From a virus, in IMG/VR virus record IMGVR_UViG_3300031774_000001: a stretch of 64,000 nucleotides of DNA; one strand, 5' to 3'. Position numbers and translations under genes: made by a program. This document shows, one piece after another, positions 58,687 through 64,000 of the stretch. The notes below the pieces were generated by a model, which did no database searches, was not told where the DNA came from, and was given only the letters and a program-made list of their open reading frames with translations. Position 1 is the stretch's first letter. The number at the start of each line of letters is the position of its first letter.

Positions 58687-59540
58687 GCTTAGATGATAAA
58701 GAAATGAAACAAATGGTTGATAGTATTAACCAGGGACAGTTTCAAAATAATGACCAATACTCTTATAACTTTGATAGAGATAAAACTAATATTGATCCAA
58801 ATGATCCAGTACCTACTAAAGTTGAAACAAAAGGACATTTAGCTTTTGGTCCTTATGTTGCTTATTTTAAAGTACATCAAACATTTTTAGATGGACTTTT
58901 AGCAAGAGGTAATGCTAGACCAAAAGGTTCAGGAAATAGTAGACTAGCAGGATTATTAGGTGACCAAAGACGTTATGGTGATGAAGATAAAGAGTGGTAC
59001 ATAAGACACTTTCAACCATACATAAATCAATATGTTGAAGGACATTGTGACTTTGTTGGACAACAATATAATGAACAACAATTTTCAAAAAATTTTACAT
59101 TAATGGATGTGTGGATTAATTTTATGAAAGAACGTGAATATAATCCTCAACACTCTCACGGTGGACAATTTTCTTGGGTTATATATTTAAAAACACCAGA
59201 CATAACAGAAGAAAGAAAAGCATTTAAAGGAACTGGTTTAGGTCCTGGAGTTATAGGTTTTCATTACGGTGAAAATCAGGCACCAAAATGGGCGGAACAC
59301 TCATACAAATATGAACCAGTAGCAGGATATATGTGGATATTTCCAGCACAGTTAAGACACGAAGTATTACCTTATCAAACACCAGGAGAAAGAATAAGTG
59401 TGTCAGGTAATTGTTATATGAATCCTCCTAATCAAAGAACAACATACATAAAAGAAAAAGATACACCACAACCTTATATGGGATTAGGCAATCCTAAAAG
59501 TGAAAGAAAAGAAAAATACGAAATATCTGGTAACGGTTAA
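58683..59540 (+). CDS. Putative Fe(II)/2OG oxygenase (HxH type)
   Basis: WINFMKEREYNPQHSH, SWVIYL, FPAQLRHEV, RISVSGN. Confidence 0.8.
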   Translation: MSLDDKEMKQMVDSINQGQFQNNDQYSYNFDRDKTNIDPNDPVPTKVETKGHLAFGPYVAYFKVHQTFLDGLLARGNARPKGSGNSRLAGLLGDQRRYGDEDKEWYIRHFQPYINQYVEGHCDFVGQQYNEQQFSKNFTLMDVWINFMKEREYNPQHSHGGQFSWVIYLKTPDITEERKAFKGTGLGPGVIGFHYGENQAPKWAEHSYKYEPVAGYMWIFPAQLRHEVLPYQTPGERISVSGNCYMNPPNQRTTYIKEKDTPQPYMGLGNPKSERKEKYEISGNG

Positions 59541-59559
59541 TAAGTTTTAGTTTTATATT

Positions 59560-61275
59560 ATGATACAGTTTAAGAGAATATCTTATAAGAATTTTTTATC
59601 TACAGGCAATGTTCCAATAGAAGTAGATTTAAGAAAATCACAATTAACATTAGTTATAGGAGCAAACGGAAGTGGTAAGTCTACTTTGTTAGACGCATTA
59701 TGTTTTGCTTTATTCAATAGACCATTTCGTATTATTAAAAAAGACCAAATGGTTAATACTATTAACAATGGTGGTTGTGAGGTTGAGTTAGAATTTAACG
59801 TAGGACCAAAAGAATATAAAGTTATAAGAGGTGTTAAACCAAACATCTTTGAAATACATTGTGATGGACAATTAATGAGTCAAGACGCAAGCGCAATTGA
59901 TTATCAAAAGTATCTTGAAAACAATATTATGAGGTGCAACTATAGGTCGTTTTGTCAAGTAGTATTATTAGGGTCTTCTTCTTATATGCCATTTATGAAA
60001 ATGAGAGCAAGTTTCAGAAGAGAGGTTGTTGAAGAGATTTTAGACATAAGAGCCTTTAGTAGAATGGATACTATATTGAGTGGTCAACAAAGAGAATTAC
60101 AGAATAAAATAACAGAAACCAGACATCAATGTGAGCTTATAGAAACCAAGTACCAGACTGAAGCTAAGTACTTGGATACTCTTCTCCATAAGGATATAGA
60201 CGTCCAAACGCATAAAAATAGGGTGCTTGAGAAGAATACCAAGGATAGACTAGAATATGAGAACAAGGTAGCACAGCTCAATAAAGATATAGATTCGGCA
60301 AAAAATTGCATACAAGATAGACATATAGTTGATGATAAATCAAAGCAATTATCCAAGATAGAAGCGAAGATTGAAACTAATTTAGAAAGACATAAGAAGT
60401 CTTTAAAATTTTTTGAAGAAAATGATGTGTGTCCAACTTGTACACAACCACTATCTACAGAATTTAAACATCAAAAATGTAATGAAGAGAAAAATAAGAT
60501 TAATACTTTACAAGATGGTATGGAAAAGTTATTAAAAGAACTTGTAAATATGGGTGAAAAAATAAATGAATATGATAAAGTAGCAGATAAGATTTATAAT
60601 TTAAGTGTTGATTTATCAAAAGTAAATACATCATTAGAAGGTCTTAAAAATCAAAGTGATAATATAGAAGAAGATTTAAAAGTATTTACAAATAAAGAAG
60701 AAGATATAGCAAATATTAGAAAACAATTAGATGAAATGAAAGACCAATTAAGACATTGTAAAATAGAATTAGATAAAATTGTTGAAGAGAAAATGTATCA
60801 AGATGTATTAAGACAAGTATTAAATGACAAAGGCGCTAAGGCACAAATAATTAAGAAGTATATACCTATAATGAATCAATTGATTAATAAGTATCTACAA
60901 GCAATGGAGTTTTATGTATCATTTCATTTAGATGAAGAGTTTAATGAAACAGTTAAGAGTAGATATAGAGATACATTTAATTATAATAACTTTAGTGAAG
61001 GTGAAAAGATGAGAATAGATTTAGCATTGTTATTTACTTGGAGAGATATAGCTAAACTTAAAAACTCTACTAATACAAATTTATTAATACTAGATGAGAT
61101 ATTTGATTCAAGTTTAGACCTTGCAGGAACAGATGATTTCTTTAAAATAGTACAGAAATTATCAAACGAAAATGTCTTTATTATTTCACATAAAGGCGAT
61201 ATATTATTTGATAAATTTACAAACATAATTAAGTACAAAAAAGACCAAAACTTTACAGTACTAGATAGGATATAA
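59560..61275 (+). CDS. gp46: Recombination ATPase subunit gp46 (Rad50-like)
   Basis: KNFLSTGN, GANGSGKST, CPTC zinc hook, FSEGEK, LILDEIFDSSLD, ISH. Confidence 0.95.
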   Translation: MIQFKRISYKNFLSTGNVPIEVDLRKSQLTLVIGANGSGKSTLLDALCFALFNRPFRIIKKDQMVNTINNGGCEVELEFNVGPKEYKVIRGVKPNIFEIHCDGQLMSQDASAIDYQKYLENNIMRCNYRSFCQVVLLGSSSYMPFMKMRASFRREVVEEILDIRAFSRMDTILSGQQRELQNKITETRHQCELIETKYQTEAKYLDTLLHKDIDVQTHKNRVLEKNTKDRLEYENKVAQLNKDIDSAKNCIQDRHIVDDKSKQLSKIEAKIETNLERHKKSLKFFEENDVCPTCTQPLSTEFKHQKCNEEKNKINTLQDGMEKLLKELVNMGEKINEYDKVADKIYNLSVDLSKVNTSLEGLKNQSDNIEEDLKVFTNKEEDIANIRKQLDEMKDQLRHCKIELDKIVEEKMYQDVLRQVLNDKGAKAQIIKKYIPIMNQLINKYLQAMEFYVSFHLDEEFNETVKSRYRDTFNYNNFSEGEKMRIDLALLFTWRDIAKLKNSTNTNLLILDEIFDSSLDLAGTDDFFKIVQKLSNENVFIISHKGDILFDKFTNIIKYKKDQNFTVLDRI

Positions 61276-61865
61276 TGACAGAAGAAAAAAAGATAGATAA
61301 AATTTTAAAACTTGTACCTCCTAGTGATCCTAGAGTTAGGTCAGCAGTAGCACCTTTTACAGATGATATGTTAAAGGAACACGATTTTAAAGATAGAAAA
61401 GAACTGTCAGAAGAAATGTTTAAATCAATGGCAAGATATGGTGGTATAGGTTTATCTGCTAATCAAGTAGGTTTACCATTTAATATGTTTGTATTAGGTA
61501 ATCATATATCATTAGAAAACGGTTTAAAAATGACTTGTTTTAATCCTATGATAGTTAGTACAAGTGAGGAAACTGTAATGATGAAAGAAGGTTGTTTGAC
61601 ATATCCTTTCTTATTTTTAGCTATCAAAAGACCTAGAAAATGTGTAGTAAAATATACAGATGAAAATGGTGATTTAAAAGAAGGTAATTTAGATGGTATG
61701 ATAAGTAGAATATTCCAACACGAATATGAACATATGTTAGGTAGAAATTTTACTGAACACGCAAGTAAAATGAAACTAGATATGGCAGAAAAAAAGGCAA
61801 AGAAACAGTTTAAAATCTGGCAAAAAACTATGGCAGCTAGACACGGAGAAATGAAAAATGATTAA
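61275..61865 (+). CDS. def: Peptide deformylase
   Basis: GGIGLSANQ, EGCL, QHEYEH motifs. Confidence 0.92.
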   Translation: MTEEKKIDKILKLVPPSDPRVRSAVAPFTDDMLKEHDFKDRKELSEEMFKSMARYGGIGLSANQVGLPFNMFVLGNHISLENGLKMTCFNPMIVSTSEETVMMKEGCLTYPFLFLAIKRPRKCVVKYTDENGDLKEGNLDGMISRIFQHEYEHMLGRNFTEHASKMKLDMAEKKAKKQFKIWQKTMAARHGEMKND

Positions 61866-62472
61866 AGTAGTAAAAGATTTTTTACCACAAACTCTTTTTA
61901 AATTTATGAAAGATTATGTTGAAGACGAAAAAGTATCTTGGAAATGGCAAGATAATTCAACATATCATAAAGATACAGCAACGGTTAAAGCGGATGGAAA
62001 GTTTAAGTTTGGTAAAACAATATATACACACCCTGCTTTAAATCCAGATAATAAAGAATTTATAAATGAAAAATATATGTCTATATTTGGAGTGTTTGTA
62101 GACTTTCAAAACGAACATCAAAGTCATAAAACAGAACATTTAATTAAAATGAAATTAAATTTATATCCAAATGAAGGTAAACAAGTACAACACGGAACAC
62201 ATAAGGATATATATTCTGCTCATATTCCTTTGAGTCCAAAACATATGACTCGTATGGGTGAAGATGTTTTAGATAAAACTACCTTAACTTCTGTATTTAA
62301 TTTTCATACTTGTAATGGTTATACTTGTATTGGAAAAGAAAAGATACCATCTGTTGCTAATCAGATAGTAATATTTAATCAAACTGAACATTATGGAGTT
62401 ACTCAATCAGATATTTCAAGAAGAATAGTATTTAATATGAACGTAAGTGTAAATGAAAAAACTAACAAATAA
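61858..62472 (+). CDS. Fe(II)/2OG oxygenase-like protein
   Basis: KLNLYP, HKD, TCNGYT, SVANQIVIF, EH, RIVFNMN. Confidence 0.7.
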   Translation: MIKVVKDFLPQTLFKFMKDYVEDEKVSWKWQDNSTYHKDTATVKADGKFKFGKTIYTHPALNPDNKEFINEKYMSIFGVFVDFQNEHQSHKTEHLIKMKLNLYPNEGKQVQHGTHKDIYSAHIPLSPKHMTRMGEDVLDKTTLTSVFNFHTCNGYTCIGKEKIPSVANQIVIFNQTEHYGVTQSDISRRIVFNMNVSVNEKTNK

Positions 62473-63604
62473 AACTGATACAAGAAATGCATTAGAAGCG
62501 TTTGGTGTAGAAACAACAGGTGATGAACTTATTACAAGTAAGGGCAATCTAAAAGGTGTTGTTCAAAACGAAGAAGAATTACAAACTAATATTGATTCAG
62601 TTTATGAGTATTGGAAGAAAAGAGGTTTTCCTTATTATGCTACAGATAAACAATATAGAGAAGCACAATTTAAAACTTTACAATCAACAGATTTCAAAGG
62701 ATTATTAACGCAAGATAAAGTTATAAAACCGAATCAAACAGGTTTATCTTTAGCTTGGTCGTATATGCCACATAGTTTTGGTATTAGATGTGGTAAAATG
62801 AGAACTCCTATGGAGATATATGAAAATGAAGAACACTTTAAAAAAGGTATACGTAAGTTATTAACAGGTAGTTTTTTTGGTAAACAATCAGTAGATACTT
62901 TAATGCCTATCGCAAGTAATTTAGAAGGTGAAATAACTGAAATATCTCCTGAATCAAAACATAAATCAGAAAGTGTAATGAGGTCTTTATTAAGAAGATA
63001 TACAGGAACTCAATGTGTATCTAATTTTAGACCCACAGCAGCGGCGTGTTTATATTCACACTTTGCCCATCCAGGTGCTATGGTATGGGATATGTCAATG
63101 GGATATGGTGGACGTATATTAGGTGCAATTATATCAGATATTAATTATGTTGGTACTGATCCAGCAGAATTAACATTTAAAGGACTACAACAAATTAAAG
63201 AAGATTTTGGTAGAGATAATAGACACTATTTCTTAAACAAGTGTGGTAGTGAAGTATTTGAACCAAAAGAAGATAGTTTAGATTTTGCATTTACAAGTCC
63301 ACCTTATTTCAATTGGGAACAATATGGTGAAGAAGAAGGACAATCATTTAATCAATATAGTGGTAATGAAGAGTGGAACAATGGCTTTTTAAGAAAGACT
63401 ATACAAAATGCATATAAAGGATTAAAGAAAGATAAGTATATGGGGTTAAATGTAGCAAACATTAAATCACATAAAACCTTTGAAGATGATACAGTACGAA
63501 TCGCTGTAGAAGAAGGATTTACACACACGGATACCTATAAATTACAGTTATCCTCGCAAGAATCTGGTGCAAAATATGAGCCAGTTTTCATATTCAAGAA
63601 ATAA
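62453..63604 (+). CDS. DNA amino-methyltransferase (N4-C or N6-A)
   Basis: WDMSMGYGGR SAM-binding motif I followed by FTSPPYF catalytic motif IV. Confidence 0.8.
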   Translation: MKKLTNKTDTRNALEAFGVETTGDELITSKGNLKGVVQNEEELQTNIDSVYEYWKKRGFPYYATDKQYREAQFKTLQSTDFKGLLTQDKVIKPNQTGLSLAWSYMPHSFGIRCGKMRTPMEIYENEEHFKKGIRKLLTGSFFGKQSVDTLMPIASNLEGEITEISPESKHKSESVMRSLLRRYTGTQCVSNFRPTAAACLYSHFAHPGAMVWDMSMGYGGRILGAIISDINYVGTDPAELTFKGLQQIKEDFGRDNRHYFLNKCGSEVFEPKEDSLDFAFTSPPYFNWEQYGEEEGQSFNQYSGNEEWNNGFLRKTIQNAYKGLKKDKYMGLNVANIKSHKTFEDDTVRIAVEEGFTHTDTYKLQLSSQESGAKYEPVFIFKK

Positions 63605-63644
63605 AATCGTCTAAAAGTCGCATAAAATAAGGGGAAATTAACAC

Positions 63645-63673
63645 TTGACTTTCAGGTCAATCGGTGTTATTAT
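63645..63673 (+). promoter_or_regulatory. Sigma70-type early promoter
   Basis: TTGACT-17 nt-TATTAT with extended -10 TG. Confidence 0.65.
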
Positions 63674-63684
63674 TATCTTACATT

Positions 63685-64000
63685 ATGAGAAAAAGCACTA
63701 CAATTAATTTAGACACAAAAAGTCAATTAGCTAAATTACTTGCAACAGAAAATATAATCATACAACATAACGCTGTATCAACAGCAAGTTTTAACACAAA
63801 GACTCGTGTATTAACTCTTCCTATATTTAAAGAATCACACGGTGATGTTTATGATATGTTAATTGCTCACGAATGTGCTCACGCATTATTTACTCCAGAA
63901 GACGGATGGAAAAAAATATGTGATGATGATGAGTTAAGAACTTACGTTAATGTATTAGAAGATACTAGAATAGACAAAAAAATTCAAAAGAAATACCCAG
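63685..64000 (+). CDS. CobT-like/HExxH metallopeptidase-domain protein, 3'-truncated (not in the ORF track)
   Basis: LAKLLATEN..TASF..RVLTLP..YDMLIAHECAHALFTP..NVLEDTRI; open to the window end. Confidence 0.8.
   Translation, partial: MRKSTTINLDTKSQLAKLLATENIIIQHNAVSTASFNTKTRVLTLPIFKESHGDVYDMLIAHECAHALFTPEDGWKKICDDDELRTYVNVLEDTRIDKKIQKKYP

Noticed and set aside
1936-61238. All minus-strand ORFs and nested alternate-frame plus-strand ORFs in the track (e.g. 1936-2286, 32367-32681, 47342-47653, 51158-51391)
   Set aside because: They lie inside strong plus-strand genes, have shadow-frame composition and show no motifs or RBS
41133-61275. Introns, inteins or homing endonucleases in gp17, gp20, gp23, uvsW, gp46 and gp47
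   Set aside because: ORFs are continuous and of normal length, with no intein, HNH, GIY-YIG or LAGLIDADG motifs seen
1-64000. CRISPR array, tRNA or rRNA genes
   Set aside because: No regularly spaced DNA repeats or cloverleaf signatures seen; intergenic gaps are short and explained by promoters and hairpins
1-64000. Alternative genetic code
   Set aside because: Core genes are full length under the standard code, and TAA, TAG and TGA all terminate genes
1-64000. Avoidance of GANTC, GCGC, AGCT or GTAC
   Set aside because: These motifs are readily found, so the depletion is specific to CATG, GATC and GATGC

Overview
AT-rich fragment of a T4-like marine myovirus, with all credible genes on the + strand. 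Gene content (gp8, gp13-gp23, gp3, uvsY, uvsW, gp55, gp47, gp46, hemO-pcyX, peptide deformylase, no photosynthesis genes) resembles T4-like phages of marine alphaproteobacteria such as SAR11; the host is an inference. Layout: baseplate/virion genes (1-10.8 kb); a 12-kb, 16-gene island of tailoring enzymes (epimerase, 2 glycosyltransferase-like, methyltransferase, radical SAM, nitroreductase, kinase-like, sulfotransferase, 4 Fe(II)/2OG hydroxylases, 2 PLP enzymes, 2-3 GNATs; 10.8-22.8 kb); tail fibre/adhesin genes (22.8-35.7 kb); heme oxygenase plus bilin reductase; the neck, packaging, tail and head module; and a recombination/late-sigma block interleaved with oxygenases, a flavin halogenase, def and a DNA methyltransferase. 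Most notable: (1) the enzyme island embedded among late virion genes; (2) a strand-symmetric absence of CATG, and of GATC and most GATGC except in a GGAT/ATCC context, suggesting a phage DNA modification that rescues overlapping restriction sites; (3) apparently leaderless late mRNAs; (4) an antisense sigma70-type promoter next to gp55; (5) paired adaptor-adhesin fibre modules and a virion cupredoxin motif. All assignments come from motifs and synteny read by eye; no searches were run.
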